A stretch of 64,000 nt of DNA from Candidatus Competibacteraceae bacterium (lineage in GTDB: Bacteria; Pseudomonadota; Gammaproteobacteria; Competibacterales; Competibacteraceae). The stretch lies in assembly GCA_016790045.1 (NCBI GenBank), contig JAEUPW010000003.1:3451-67450 (forward strand), written 5' to 3'. A program made the position numbers and the translations under genes. A model generated the notes under the pieces. That model saw nothing but the letters and a program-made list of their open reading frames with translations. It did not search any database and had not been told where the DNA came from. This document shows positions 1-10,301 of this stretch, one piece after another. Each line of letters opens with the position of its first letter. Within the stretch, counting starts at the first letter, position 1.

Positions 1-233
1 TCCAGTTGGCCGAGCCGGATTTTAGGCCCCTGCAAATCCTGAAAAATGGCGATATAGCGGTTCAGTTTCTGAGCCGCTTCCCGGACCAATCTGACCGACA
101 AGGCATGATCTTCGTGCGAGCCGTGCGAAAAGTTGAGCCGGATGACATCGGCCCCTTCCCGCAGCAAGCCCTCGATCACGTCCGGATTCCGGGAATTCGG
201 TCCCAGCGTCGCCACGATCTTGGTGAACTTCAT
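1..233 (-). CDS. pyk: Pyruvate kinase, N-terminal part (runs off the window start)
   Basis: Not in the ORF track. Manual reverse-strand translation from ATG at 233 gives MKFTKIVATLGPNSRNPDVIEGLLREGADVIRLNFSHGSHEDH...IAIFQDLQGPKIRLGQL, containing the pyruvate kinase motifs TKIVATLGP, RLNFSHG and DLQGPKIR. Confidence 0.95.
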   Translation of the reverse strand, partial: MKFTKIVATLGPNSRNPDVIEGLLREGADVIRLNFSHGSHEDHALSVRLVREAAQKLNRYIAIFQDLQGPKIRLGQL

Positions 234-280
234 GATTTTCGACATTGCCGCCCCGCTTGAGAGATTTACAAAATTTTAAT

Positions 281-293
281 AATCAATCAGTTA
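281..293 (+). promoter_or_regulatory. Putative IHF-binding site in the pyk/GH57 divergent promoter region
   Basis: AATCAATCAGTTA matches WATCAANNNNTTR and is preceded by an A/T tract (AAAATTTTAAT). Confidence 0.45.
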
Positions 294-462
294 TTTTTAT
301 AGGGTCGCCATGAAGTTTAGGCGAAGCGACTTTCGCGTTCAAACGGGCCGGGCGCGATGAAGCGCAATTCGCTTCAGTCCGGTTAAACTGAAAGCAATTC
401 GAATCAAAACCTCGCCCGACGATCGGGGCCGAGAGCGCTAGCGAACGATGAGAGGCTGCTCG

Positions 463-2592
463 ATGACCGACCCATTCAACCGCATCCTGGAAGTTGTGTT
501 GCCCGACGCGCTGCAATGCGACGATTCCGACCGGAATCCCGCCTTCGCCATCGCCTTTACCGCCGATGGCGTCGTGCCGTTTCCCCAGGTGATCCTGCAC
601 GCGCCGGCGGGCCAGCATCTGCTCAAAAGCGACGCCATGACCGTCAGCGACGGCCCCGGCGGCGAGCGCACCTATACCGTCCGGGTTCCCGCCGGCCTGT
701 CCGGCTGCGGCGAGATCAAGGTTCAGGTCGAAGGCTGCCGCAAGGCCGACATCCATCAAGCCGGCGGCGGCGATTGGATCAAGGAGTTTCGCTCCTTGCG
801 GCTCGCGCCGGCCATCAAGCCAAAGCCGGCGATCCAAATGTCCAGCGCGGCGGACCCAGGAGCGGCCAAGCTGTATTTCGGCATCCACAAGCACATGCAC
901 CAGCCCTACTACAACGCCACCGACCGCCGTTACTGGGACGGCGAAAAGGATTCGATTTTTGGGGCGCGCGGCGGGCCGTACACCCATTTCATCCCGACCG
1001 CCGTCCGCCAATACCTCAACGGCGGCTTGCCTCACGCCGGCCTCTCGACCAGTTGGAGCGGCTCGCTGATCGAACAGCTCGACCGCTGCGCCGCCGAGGG
1101 TTTGTGCGGGGGTCGCTTCGGCGGCTGGAATCACGAATTGCGCGCCGTCGCCCAAGAAAAAACCGCCCTCGGCCACCCGCGCGTCGATTTCAGCGCCTTC
1201 GGTTTCTTCCACCCGCTGATGGCCTTGATCCCGGAGCGCGACATCGTCAAACAAATCGACTGGCATCGCGGCATCATCCGCGCCGCGTTCGGCATCGACG
1301 CCTCCAGCGTCCTGTTCCCGCCCGAAACCGCCTTCCACGTCCGTATGATCCCGGCGCTCAATCGGGCCGGCATCAGGGCGGTGATCTACGATTCGATCCA
1401 CCGTTTTCGCGCGTGCCGCGATTACCCCTACGCCGGCCCCAACGAAGGCATGTTGCCGCCCAACCTGGCCGAGCAGGTCAACCCGCCGGTCGACGACTGG
1501 CTGCAACTGCGCAACATCTGGGCCGGCTCGAAGATTTCGCCCGGCCTGCTCAGGCCGGAATACGTCCGGTACGAAGACCCGGACGGCAAAATTCACCAGA
1601 TCATCGCGGTGCCGGCCGAGCGCTACATCGGCAACGAGGACGCGCGCGGCGGTTTCGGGGCGCTACAGTATCCCGACGTGCTGGGGCAGGTCTACAACCA
1701 GATCGTCGCGACCGGCGCGTTCGATCCCAAACACCCGCCGTTCATGCTGCTGCATTCCGACGGCGACAACCACGGCGGCGGCGCGGACAGCTATTACAAC
1801 CACAACACCGGGCAGCTGGTGCAGTGGCTGCAAGGCGATCCGCGCTTCGAGCTGACCACGATCCACGACTATTTGGACCGCTTTCCGCCCGATCCGGCGC
1901 GCGCCGCCCACATCGAGCCGGGCTCCTGGAGCGGGGCCGACAACGGCGACCCGCAGTTCATGAAGTGGTTCAGCCGCTACGACCAGCCCTACTCGCCCGA
2001 TTTGAATTCCTGGGCGGTGCTGACCGCCTTTCAAAACGTCGCGCACTCGCTGGAAGACGCGCTTCCCGGCAGCGCGTGGCTGGACGATCTCAACCGCTTG
2101 TTGCTGACCGCCGAGACCAGTTGCTACTGGTACTGGACCGGCCAGCACGTTTGGGACCAGCAGGTCACCAACGCCGCCAACGCCGGCTACGGGATGGTCA
2201 AAAGCGAAGTGGACGCTCTGTTGGCGTCCGGCAACGACCGCACCGGCCCGACCATCTTCGCGCCCTGGATCACGCCGGAAAATCCGGGCGGCAAGCGCTG
2301 GGGTCAGGGCTGTTTGCTCGACGCGCCGCGCGAGGGCACGGTCCATACCTTCGCGCACGACATCAGCGGTTTGAGCCGGGTGACCCTGGTGCTGCGCGCG
2401 GCTTCTGCCGAAACCCGCATCAAAATGACCGACCATGGCCCCTATCCCTCGCAAACTGGCGCGGCCGTCACCGCCCGTTACTTCACCGCCGAACTGCCGG
2501 CCGGCGCGGGCGACGCGCGCTATTACATCGAGGCGGAAGACGGCAAGGGCAACCTGTCGCGCGGCGCGCTGGAGCGGGTGTATCTGGCTTGA
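463..2592 (+). CDS. Glycoside hydrolase family 57 (alpha-glucan-active; amylopullulanase/glucanotransferase-like), probably cytoplasmic
   Basis: GH57 region I HKHMHQP, nucleophile region FPPETAF, acid/base region HSDGDNHGG. No signal peptide. ATG 463 is preceded by GAGAGG (alternative ATG 448). Confidence 0.8.
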   Translation: MTDPFNRILEVVLPDALQCDDSDRNPAFAIAFTADGVVPFPQVILHAPAGQHLLKSDAMTVSDGPGGERTYTVRVPAGLSGCGEIKVQVEGCRKADIHQAGGGDWIKEFRSLRLAPAIKPKPAIQMSSAADPGAAKLYFGIHKHMHQPYYNATDRRYWDGEKDSIFGARGGPYTHFIPTAVRQYLNGGLPHAGLSTSWSGSLIEQLDRCAAEGLCGGRFGGWNHELRAVAQEKTALGHPRVDFSAFGFFHPLMALIPERDIVKQIDWHRGIIRAAFGIDASSVLFPPETAFHVRMIPALNRAGIRAVIYDSIHRFRACRDYPYAGPNEGMLPPNLAEQVNPPVDDWLQLRNIWAGSKISPGLLRPEYVRYEDPDGKIHQIIAVPAERYIGNEDARGGFGALQYPDVLGQVYNQIVATGAFDPKHPPFMLLHSDGDNHGGGADSYYNHNTGQLVQWLQGDPRFELTTIHDYLDRFPPDPARAAHIEPGSWSGADNGDPQFMKWFSRYDQPYSPDLNSWAVLTAFQNVAHSLEDALPGSAWLDDLNRLLLTAETSCYWYWTGQHVWDQQVTNAANAGYGMVKSEVDALLASGNDRTGPTIFAPWITPENPGGKRWGQGCLLDAPREGTVHTFAHDISGLSRVTLVLRAASAETRIKMTDHGPYPSQTGAAVTARYFTAELPAGAGDARYYIEAEDGKGNLSRGALERVYLA

Positions 2593-2729
2593 CGGGCTTA
2601 AACGGGCCGAGATTGGACGGAGCCCGAGCTTCGTCGTTCGGGCGCGTCTCGCCCTGAGCGACCTTCGCGGAAAGTGCTGTCGCGCTCGGCCGGCCCCGCT
2701 GGCCGGCAAAAAAATAACGCTGTTATGAG

Positions 2730-2758
2730 TTGAACCGCTTTCGGGCCATGAGTAGACT
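2730..2758 (+). promoter_or_regulatory. Putative sigma70 promoter of the alaC-hom operon
   Basis: TTGAAC-N17-TAGACT, with palindrome ATAAC-GCT-GTTAT (2714-2726) just upstream. Confidence 0.4.
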
Positions 2759-2875
2759 GCTTTGCTGTTCTGGCAACTGTTGCTTGCCGCGATGCCCTTG
2801 CCAGCCGGTCTCCGATCCCAGCGTGTCCCGTCGGGATCGAGACCTTCGCGACTCTCCAGCCTTGGTAACGCCAAC

Positions 2876-4105
2876 TTGAACGCCGATTTTCAACGCATCA
2901 AACGCCTGCCGCCTTACGTCTTCAACATCGTCAACGATCTGAAGGCCAAGGCGCGCGCCCGGGGCGAGGACATCATCGACTTCGGCATGGGCAACCCCGA
3001 CCAGCCTACGCCCAAGCACATCGTGGACAAGCTGGTGGAAACCGCCCGGCGCGGGGACACCCACCGCTATTCGGTCTCGCGCGGCATCCCGCGCCTGCGC
3101 CGCGCCATCTGCAACTGGTATCAGGCCCGCTACGCCGTCGCGCTCGATCCCGAATCCGAAGCCATCGTCACCATCGGCTCCAAAGAGGGTTTGGCCCATC
3201 TCGCCTTGGCGACTTTGGGGCCGGGCGACGCCGTGCTGGTGCCCAACCCCGCCTATCCGATCCACCCCTACGGTTTCGTGATCGCCGGGGCCGACATCCG
3301 CCACGTGCCGCTGGTGCCAGGGGTGGACTTCTTCGCCGAACTGGAAAAGGCGATCAAGGATTCCTGGCCGCGCCCGAAAATGCTGGTGCTAAATTTCCCG
3401 GCCAACCCGACCGCCCAGTGCGTCGAGCTGGATTTTTTCGAGAAAGTCGTCGCCATCGCCCGCGAGCACGAGATTTGGGTGATTCACGATCTGGCTTACG
3501 CCGATCTGGTGTTCGACGGTTACGTTGCGCCCTCGATCCTGCAAATTCCGGGAGCCAAGGACATCGCGGTGGAATCGTTCACCTTGTCCAAAAGCTATAA
3601 CATGCCCGGCTGGCGAGTCGGCTTCATGTGCGGCAATCCGACCCTGGTCGCGGCGCTGGCGCGGATGAAATCTTATCTCGACTACGGCATGTTCACCCCG
3701 ATTCAGGTCGCCGCCATCGCCGCCTTGGAAGGCCCGCAGGAATGCGTCGGCGCGATTCGGGATCTGTACCACAAACGCCGCGACGTGCTGTGCGATGGCC
3801 TGAACGCGCTCGGCTGGCGCGTCGAGAAACCCAAGGCCACCATGTTCGTCTGGGCGGCGATCCCCGAACAGTACCGCGCGCTTGGCTCGCTGGAGTTTTC
3901 CAAGAAATTGTTGGCCGAGGCCAAGGTCGCGGTGTCCCCCGGCATCGGCTTCGGCGAGTACGGCGACGACCACGTCCGCTTCGGCCTGATCGAAAACGAG
4001 CACCGCACCCGGCAAGCGCTGCGCGGCATCCGCGACATGTTTCGCAAGGACGGCCGCGACCCGCCCGCGCGGGCCTCGGCCCAAACGGCGGGAGCGGCGC
4101 TGTGA
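2876..4105 (+). CDS. alaC: Alanine transaminase (class I PLP aminotransferase)
   Basis: [23 protein letters not shown]-lysine motif [16 protein letters not shown]. Usual position upstream of hom. Start TTG 2876 estimated. Confidence 0.88.
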   Translation: MNADFQRIKRLPPYVFNIVNDLKAKARARGEDIIDFGMGNPDQPTPKHIVDKLVETARRGDTHRYSVSRGIPRLRRAICNWYQARYAVALDPESEAIVTIGSKEGLAHLALATLGPGDAVLVPNPAYPIHPYGFVIAGADIRHVPLVPGVDFFAELEKAIKDSWPRPKMLVLNFPANPTAQCVELDFFEKVVAIAREHEIWVIHDLAYADLVFDGYVAPSILQIPGAKDIAVESFTLSKSYNMPGWRVGFMCGNPTLVAALARMKSYLDYGMFTPIQVAAIAALEGPQECVGAIRDLYHKRRDVLCDGLNALGWRVEKPKATMFVWAAIPEQYRALGSLEFSKKLLAEAKVAVSPGIGFGEYGDDHVRFGLIENEHRTRQALRGIRDMFRKDGRDPPARASAQTAGAAL

Positions 4106-5424
4106 GCGCCTATCCGCCGGTCAAGATCGGCATATTGGGCCTGGGCACGGTCGGCGGCGGCGTCACCCGCGTGCTGGCCCGCAACGCCGAAGAAATCAGT
4201 CGCCGCGCCGGCCGCGAAATCGCCATCACCCACGCCGCCGCCCGCAATCTGGACACCACCACCGCCAACACCGCCGGCATCAAACTGACCGAGGAAGGGC
4301 TGGAGGTGGTGAACGATCCCGACGTGTCGATCGTGGTCGAGCTGATGGGCGGCTGCGAACCGGCCCGCACATTTGTGCTGCGCGCCTTGGCCAACGGCAA
4401 GCACGTGGTGACCGCCAACAAGGCGCTGATCGCCTTGCACGGCAACGAAATTTTCGCCGCCGCCCGCGCAGCCGGCGTGATGGTGGGCTTCGAGGCGGCG
4501 GTGGCCGGCGGCATCCCGATCATCAAGGCGATTCGAGAAGGTCTGGCCGGCAACCGCCTGGAGTGGGTCGCCGGGATCATCAACGGCACCGCCAACTTCA
4601 TCTTGACCCAGATGCGGAGCAAGGGCCGGGATTTTCCGGAGGCGCTGGCCGAGGCGCAAAAATTGGGCTACGCCGAGGCGAACCCGTCCTTCGACATCGA
4701 GGGCATGGACGCCGCCCACAAGCTGACCATCCTCGCCTCCATCACCTTTGGCATCCCCCTGCAATTCGACAAGGTCTACATCGAGGGCATCGGCCGCGTC
4801 ACCCACGACGACGTGGCCTACGCCACCAAGCTCGGCTACCGGATCAAACACCTCGGCATCGCCCGCCGCGACGAGAACGGCGTGCAGTTGCGCGTCCACC
4901 CGACCTTGATCCCGCAGCGGCAGTTGCTGGCCAACGTCAACGGCGTGATGAACGCGGTGCTGGTCAAAGGCGACGCCGTCGGTCAAAGCCTGTTCTACGG
5001 GGCCGGGGCCGGGGCCGAACCCACCGCCTCGGCGGTGGTGGCCGACATCATCGACGTGGTCCGCACCCTGACCGCCGACCCGGAAAACCGGGTTCCGCAT
5101 CTGGCGTTCCAGCCCGACGCGCTGTCGGATTTGCCGGTGCTGCCGATCGACGAGGTGGAAACCGCCTGCTATTTGCGGCTGCTGGCGCAAGATCGCCCCG
5201 GCGTGCTGGCCGATGTCACGCGCATCCTGGCCGATTGCGGCATCAGCATCGAAGCCTTTGTCCAGAAGGAAGCGCCGCCCACCGCCAGCGAGGTGCCGGT
5301 GGTCATGCTGATCAACCCGGTCAAGGAAAAACGAATGAATCAAGCCATCGCCGCCATCGAAAAGCTGGCCAGCATCCGCGCGCCGGTGATGCGCATTCGC
5401 CTGGAGTATCTGGACTCGGATTGA
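4102..5424 (+). CDS. hom: Homoserine dehydrogenase with C-terminal ACT domain
   Basis: GLGTVGGG Rossmann motif, [31 protein letters not shown] motif DRPGVLA. GTG start overlaps the alaC stop. Confidence 0.95.
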   Translation: MSAYPPVKIGILGLGTVGGGVTRVLARNAEEISRRAGREIAITHAAARNLDTTTANTAGIKLTEEGLEVVNDPDVSIVVELMGGCEPARTFVLRALANGKHVVTANKALIALHGNEIFAAARAAGVMVGFEAAVAGGIPIIKAIREGLAGNRLEWVAGIINGTANFILTQMRSKGRDFPEALAEAQKLGYAEANPSFDIEGMDAAHKLTILASITFGIPLQFDKVYIEGIGRVTHDDVAYATKLGYRIKHLGIARRDENGVQLRVHPTLIPQRQLLANVNGVMNAVLVKGDAVGQSLFYGAGAGAEPTASAVVADIIDVVRTLTADPENRVPHLAFQPDALSDLPVLPIDEVETACYLRLLAQDRPGVLADVTRILADCGISIEAFVQKEAPPTASEVPVVMLINPVKEKRMNQAIAAIEKLASIRAPVMRIRLEYLDSD

Positions 5425-5448
5425 GCCGCATTAACGGCTTTTCATTCC

Positions 5449-6480
5449 GTGACCTCCCTGCTCCATCTGGTGGTGCCCGGCCTGCTCGGCCCGTGGCCGG
5501 GACACCGCGCCGATCCGGCGTTTCCCCGGCCGCGCGCGCCTTCGCTGGAATGGCTGCTGGCCCGCGCCCGCCCCGCCGCCGCGCCGGCTTCGACCGACGC
5601 GCTGCTATTTCAACTGTTCGGATTTTCGCCCTCGGACGCCGCCGATGGGCCGGTGGCGGCGGTCACGCGCCTGGCCGACGGCGGCGCGCTGGCCGACGGC
5701 TGGTGGCAGCGCGCCGATCCGGTGCACTTGCGGCCCGATCTGCACGGCGTGTTTCTGGCGGATGCTCGCGCGTTGGCCATCGAAGCGGCCGAGGCCCGAG
5801 CGCTGGCCGAGGCCTTCAATCAGACCTTCGCCGACGAGGGCTTGCAGTTGGAAGCCTTGCGGCCCGAGCGCTGGTATCTGCGCCTGCCCGCCGATCCCGG
5901 CCTGCGCTCGCATCCGCTGGAATCCGCTATCGGCCGCGACATCCGAACCCTGCTTCCTTATGGGCCGGCCAAGGCGCGCTGGCACAAGCTGCTGACCGAA
6001 GCGCAGATGCTGTTCCACGCCCATCCGGTCAACCGGGCGCGCGAAGAGCGCAACCAACCCGCGATCAACGGCCTTTGGCTTTGGGGGGGCGGCCACTGCC
6101 CGACCGGCCTCCGCCCGCCCGCCGCCGGCGTGTACGCCGACGATCCTCTCGTCCGGGGTTTGGTGCGGCTGGCCGGCGCGGCGGTCGCGCCCGCGCCGGA
6201 ACGCGCGGACGATTGGCGCGAGAGCGCCGCCGGCGAGGCCGACGGGTTGGTGGTCTTGGACACTCTGCGCCACGTCGCGGCGGACGGCGATATCGGCGCC
6301 TGGGTCGAGCGGGTCGAGCGCTTGGAAACGGCGTGGTTTAGCGCTTGCCGGCGCTGGCTTCGTTCCGGCAAGCTAACGGCCTTGCGCCTCTATCCGGGCG
6401 ACGGCCAAAGCCACACCGTCACCTCGGCCGCCCGCTGGCGGTTTTGGCGACGTCCCCGCTCTTTGGTCCGATTCCTGTAG
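5449..6480 (+). CDS. Conserved phosphoglycerate-mutase-related protein, of the type often found upstream of recJ
   Basis: RADPVHL and LLTEAQMLFHAHPVNRARE...AINGLWLWGGG motifs of the cofactor-independent PGM-like family. Confidence 0.7.
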   Translation: MTSLLHLVVPGLLGPWPGHRADPAFPRPRAPSLEWLLARARPAAAPASTDALLFQLFGFSPSDAADGPVAAVTRLADGGALADGWWQRADPVHLRPDLHGVFLADARALAIEAAEARALAEAFNQTFADEGLQLEALRPERWYLRLPADPGLRSHPLESAIGRDIRTLLPYGPAKARWHKLLTEAQMLFHAHPVNRAREERNQPAINGLWLWGGGHCPTGLRPPAAGVYADDPLVRGLVRLAGAAVAPAPERADDWRESAAGEADGLVVLDTLRHVAADGDIGAWVERVERLETAWFSACRRWLRSGKLTALRLYPGDGQSHTVTSAARWRFWRRPRSLVRFL

Positions 6481-6500
6481 CGACGCTTTCCACGCACGCC

Positions 6501-8219
6501 ATGCCCGATCTCATCGTCCGCCGCCCGGCGCGCGCCCTCGGCCTCGAACTTTCTCCCTCGCCGTTGCTGAATCGGCTTTACGCCGCGCGCGACATCGGTT
6601 CCGCTGTCGAGTTGGCCAAGGAGCTGCGTTATCTGAGCCCGCCCTCGGCGCTCAGCAACATCGGAGCGGCGGTCGATCTGCTGTGCACCGCCTTGCGGGA
6701 ACAGTGGCGCATCCTGATCGTCGCCGATTTCGACGCCGACGGCGCGACCGGTTGCGCGCTGGCGGTGCGCGGCCTGCGCGCCCTGGGGGCCGCCGAGGTC
6801 GGTTACCGGGTGCCCAACCGCTTCGAGCACGGCTACGGCCTGACGCCCGAAATCGTCGCCCTCGCGGCGCAAGCCCGGCCCGATCTGCTGATCACGGTGG
6901 ACAACGGCATCTCCAGCCACGAGGGCGTGCGCGCCGCCCAAGCGCTCGGCATCAAGGTCTTGATCACCGACCATCACCCGCCGGGTCAAACCCTGCCGAC
7001 CGCCGAGGCCATCGTCAACCCCAACTTGCCGGATGACGGCTTTCCCAGCAAACACCTGGCCGGCGTGGGCGTGATGTTTTACGTGCTGTCCGCCTTGCGG
7101 GCGCGCCTGCGCGAATCGGGCTGGTTCGCCGAACGCGGTTTGAGCGAACCCAATTTGGCCCAATACCTCGATCTGGTGGCTTTCGGCACGGTGGCGGACG
7201 TGGTCCGGCTGGACCACCACAACCGGATTCTGGTCGAACAGGGGGTGCGCCGCATCCGTCAAGGGCAGTGCGCGCCGGGCATCCTGGCGTTGTGCGAGGT
7301 CGCCGGCCGCGACCCGGGCCGGTTGAACGCCGCCGATATCGGCTTTTATCTCGGCCCCCGCCTCAACGCCGCCGGCCGGCTGGAGGACATGAGCCAAGGC
7401 ATCGCCTGCCTGCTGAGCGACGATCCGGAAGCGGCGCGGCACATCGCCCGCCGCCTGGATGAAATCAACCGCCAGCGCGGCGAGCTGACCGCCGACATTC
7501 ACGCGCAGGCGCTGGAGCGGATCGAGGGCATCGCCCGCGCGCCAGCCGATTTGCCGTTCGGCCTGTGCCTGTACGATCCCGACTGGCACCAGGGCGTCAT
7601 CGGCATCATCGCCGGTCGCCTGAAAGATCGCCTGCACCGGCCGGTGATCGTGTTCGCGCCCGATCGCGAGGGCAGGATCAAGGGGTCGGGCCGCTCGGTG
7701 GCGGGAATGCACTTGCGCGACGCGCTGGCGGCGGTCGCCACCGAACAGCCCGACCTGATCCACCAGTTCGGCGGTCACGCCATGGCGGCCGGCATGAGCT
7801 TGGCGACCGAGCGTTTCGAGCGCTTCCGCGAGGCTTTCGACGCCGAGATCCGCCGCCGTCTCAGCGCCGACGACCTGCGGGGCCGCCTGCTGAGCGACGG
7901 CGAGCTGGCGCCGGACGAGTTTTCGCTGGAAACCGCGAGGCTACTGCGCGAGGCCGGCCCGTGGGGGCAGGGCTTTCCCGAACCGCTGTTCGACGGCGTG
8001 TTCGAGGTGCTGTCCCATCAAGTGATGCGAGACGGCAAAACGCTGAAACTGAGGTTGCGGCCGCCGGCCACCGCGCTCGAACTGGAAGCGGTCGCCTTCA
8101 GGCGCGCCGCCGAGTTTGAACCGGGGACTCGCCGGGTGCGGATCGCTTACCACCTGGACGTGAACCTGTGGCGCGGCGAGCGCTTGCAATTGCTGGTCGA
8201 GCATCTGGAAGCCGCGTGA
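6501..8219 (+). CDS. recJ: ssDNA 5'-3' exonuclease RecJ
   Basis: DHH-family motifs ADFDADG, ITVDNG, ITDHH, GTVADVV, PRLNAAGR, FGGHAMAAG. Confidence 0.96.
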   Translation: MPDLIVRRPARALGLELSPSPLLNRLYAARDIGSAVELAKELRYLSPPSALSNIGAAVDLLCTALREQWRILIVADFDADGATGCALAVRGLRALGAAEVGYRVPNRFEHGYGLTPEIVALAAQARPDLLITVDNGISSHEGVRAAQALGIKVLITDHHPPGQTLPTAEAIVNPNLPDDGFPSKHLAGVGVMFYVLSALRARLRESGWFAERGLSEPNLAQYLDLVAFGTVADVVRLDHHNRILVEQGVRRIRQGQCAPGILALCEVAGRDPGRLNAADIGFYLGPRLNAAGRLEDMSQGIACLLSDDPEAARHIARRLDEINRQRGELTADIHAQALERIEGIARAPADLPFGLCLYDPDWHQGVIGIIAGRLKDRLHRPVIVFAPDREGRIKGSGRSVAGMHLRDALAAVATEQPDLIHQFGGHAMAAGMSLATERFERFREAFDAEIRRRLSADDLRGRLLSDGELAPDEFSLETARLLREAGPWGQGFPEPLFDGVFEVLSHQVMRDGKTLKLRLRPPATALELEAVAFRRAAEFEPGTRRVRIAYHLDVNLWRGERLQLLVEHLEAA

Positions 8220-8250
8220 TGCCACCCCCGCGCGGGCGCGGGCCTTTCAC

Positions 8251-10245
8251 CTATTCCAGCCCCAGTTGATCGGCGAAGCGCCAATGGTTTTTGCCGGCCC
8301 GCTTGGCGGCGTACATGGCTTCGTCGGCCTGGCGCAGCAGGTTCATCGCCAAATCCAGGTTGGCGGGCAATTCCGGCCGATACAGGGCGATGCCGACGCT
8401 GGCCGTGATCGCGGCTTTGCCGGAATGGAGGAAAAAAGGTTCGGCCAAGCGATCGATGACTTTTTGCGCGACCGCCGCCGCCGCCGCCGGCGTTTCCAAA
8501 TCCTGCAACACGATGGCGAACTCGTCGCCGCCCAGCCGCGCCGCCGTGTCGGTCGAACGCACGCACTGTTGCAGGCGCACGCCGACTTGTTGGAGCAGTT
8601 GGTCGCCCGCGTCGTGCCCCGCGCTGTCGTTCACCTGTTTGAAGCCGTCCAGATCCACCAGCAGGATCGCCAGCAGCCGCCATTGCCGCCGGGCCTGCTG
8701 CAACCCCTTGCGCATGTGCTCGAACAGCAGGTTGCGGTTGGGCAAGCTGGTCAGTTGGTCGTAGTTGGCCAGCCGCCAGTTGCGCAGGCTGACCTCGGCC
8801 AGGATGCGGGTCCGCTCCTCGACCTTGGCCTCGACCTTGGCCTCCAGATTCAGATCGTAATTTTGCAGCAGTTCCTCGGCTTTTTTGTGGAGCGCCTCGG
8901 TCTGCTTTTGCGCGGAAATATCCACGGTCGTGCCCCGGTAGCCCACGAACTGGCCTTCCTCGTCGAACAGCGGCAAGCCGCTGGTGCGAGTCCAGGCCAG
9001 GCGCTCCCGTCCGGGCAGGCGCACGCACAACACCAGTTGCTGGAACGGTTCCCGGCGCTGGAGCGCCGCCGCCAGCAATTCGGCGTCGGTTTCATCCTGC
9101 TGCACGATCAAATCCTCCCAATTCATCCCCAGCCAGACATCGCGAATTTTGAGGGATTCGGCCAGCCGCCCCCGCAGTTCGCGCAGATGGCCAGGGGCGT
9201 CGAACTCCCAAAGCAGGTCGTTGGAAAGTTCGGCCAAATCCCGAAACAACGCGGTGCTGGACAATTTTTCGTGCGAAAACGCGCCGATCAGCAAGGCGGA
9301 GACGCCGGCCACCATCACGATCTGATATTGCAGCGCCAGCTCGGGAGAGCCGAACAGGCCCACCATGATCGCGAGCCCCAGCTCGTAGAGAAACACGCTC
9401 AACACCGCGCCGCGAATGTCGTGCGTCGCCACGATCCAGGCCAGCACCGGAAACACCAGCAGCGCGACGAACGGATCGGGTTGTTCGCGCCACAAATGTT
9501 GGGGAATCCAAAACAACACCGCCAATAGCACGATGCACAGCAGACCCTGCGCCAGCACCTCCAGCATCGCGGCAGGATGGGCGGGCTGAACCGGTCGCGG
9601 CGGCCGCAGCGCCGCGCGCTTGCGAAAGCGCCGGACCTTGGGAGCCACAAACACCAGCAACAGCGGAGCGAACGCGGCGATACCCAGAAAATCGCTCGCC
9701 CACCAACCGACCACCGCCAGGGAGGCGGGCGCTTGCGGCGGCAGGATTCCGGCGGCCTTCAGCAACAGGACGCCAACCAGCGCCCCGAACAAGGCGCTCG
9801 CGGCGGCGGCGGCGAGAAACGCCCCCACCTGTCGCGTGTCGTTGAATCGCCATTGTAGCTGGCGATAACGCGGGAGCCGAGACTGTCGCAGGGTCTGGAT
9901 GGAGACCAAATAACCTAAAGGAGTCAGGATATTAAGGGCCAAATAATAAGGCCAGTGCGCCTGGGGCCAAACCCACGAACCCGCGATAGCGGCCGCGATG
10001 ATCGGCAATGGCAACGCCCGAGCGCCTTTCTCTAGCAGCACGGCGAACGTCAGTCCGGCCGGCAGCGACCACAGCGAGATGCCGGTCGCTCGATCGAACC
10101 GGTAAGCCAGATGCCACAACGCCACCCACGCGACGAGGTAAGCCAGCGCCGCCAGCACGGTGCGGATTCGGGTCTTTCGGGCGAGCGCCATCCCATCAAG
10201 GCTGCGTTCAAGCTTGCTATCGCGGCTCGTGTGTGCGCTTTCCAT
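8251..10245 (-). CDS. Membrane diguanylate cyclase (MASE1-like TM region, PAS, coiled coil, GGDEF)
   Basis: Multi-TM N-terminus, PAS-like segment (LLWEFD...GYRGTTVDI), DQLTSLPNR, DLDGFKQVND, intact RxxD-x5-GGDEF. Start may be 10191. Confidence 0.88.
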   Translation of the reverse strand: MESAHTSRDSKLERSLDGMALARKTRIRTVLAALAYLVAWVALWHLAYRFDRATGISLWSLPAGLTFAVLLEKGARALPLPIIAAAIAGSWVWPQAHWPYYLALNILTPLGYLVSIQTLRQSRLPRYRQLQWRFNDTRQVGAFLAAAAASALFGALVGVLLLKAAGILPPQAPASLAVVGWWASDFLGIAAFAPLLLVFVAPKVRRFRKRAALRPPRPVQPAHPAAMLEVLAQGLLCIVLLAVLFWIPQHLWREQPDPFVALLVFPVLAWIVATHDIRGAVLSVFLYELGLAIMVGLFGSPELALQYQIVMVAGVSALLIGAFSHEKLSSTALFRDLAELSNDLLWEFDAPGHLRELRGRLAESLKIRDVWLGMNWEDLIVQQDETDAELLAAALQRREPFQQLVLCVRLPGRERLAWTRTSGLPLFDEEGQFVGYRGTTVDISAQKQTEALHKKAEELLQNYDLNLEAKVEAKVEERTRILAEVSLRNWRLANYDQLTSLPNRNLLFEHMRKGLQQARRQWRLLAILLVDLDGFKQVNDSAGHDAGDQLLQQVGVRLQQCVRSTDTAARLGGDEFAIVLQDLETPAAAAAVAQKVIDRLAEPFFLHSGKAAITASVGIALYRPELPANLDLAMNLLRQADEAMYAAKRAGKNHWRFADQLGLE

Positions 10246-10301
10246 CGTTCAAAAAAGTAGCGAGCTCGCAGCTTGAGTCAATATGCGTCGCGGCAGAGCG
10301 T

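Noticed and set aside
6-260. 84-aa plus-strand ORF at the window start
   Set aside because: Antisense to the clearly recognisable pyruvate kinase N-terminus.
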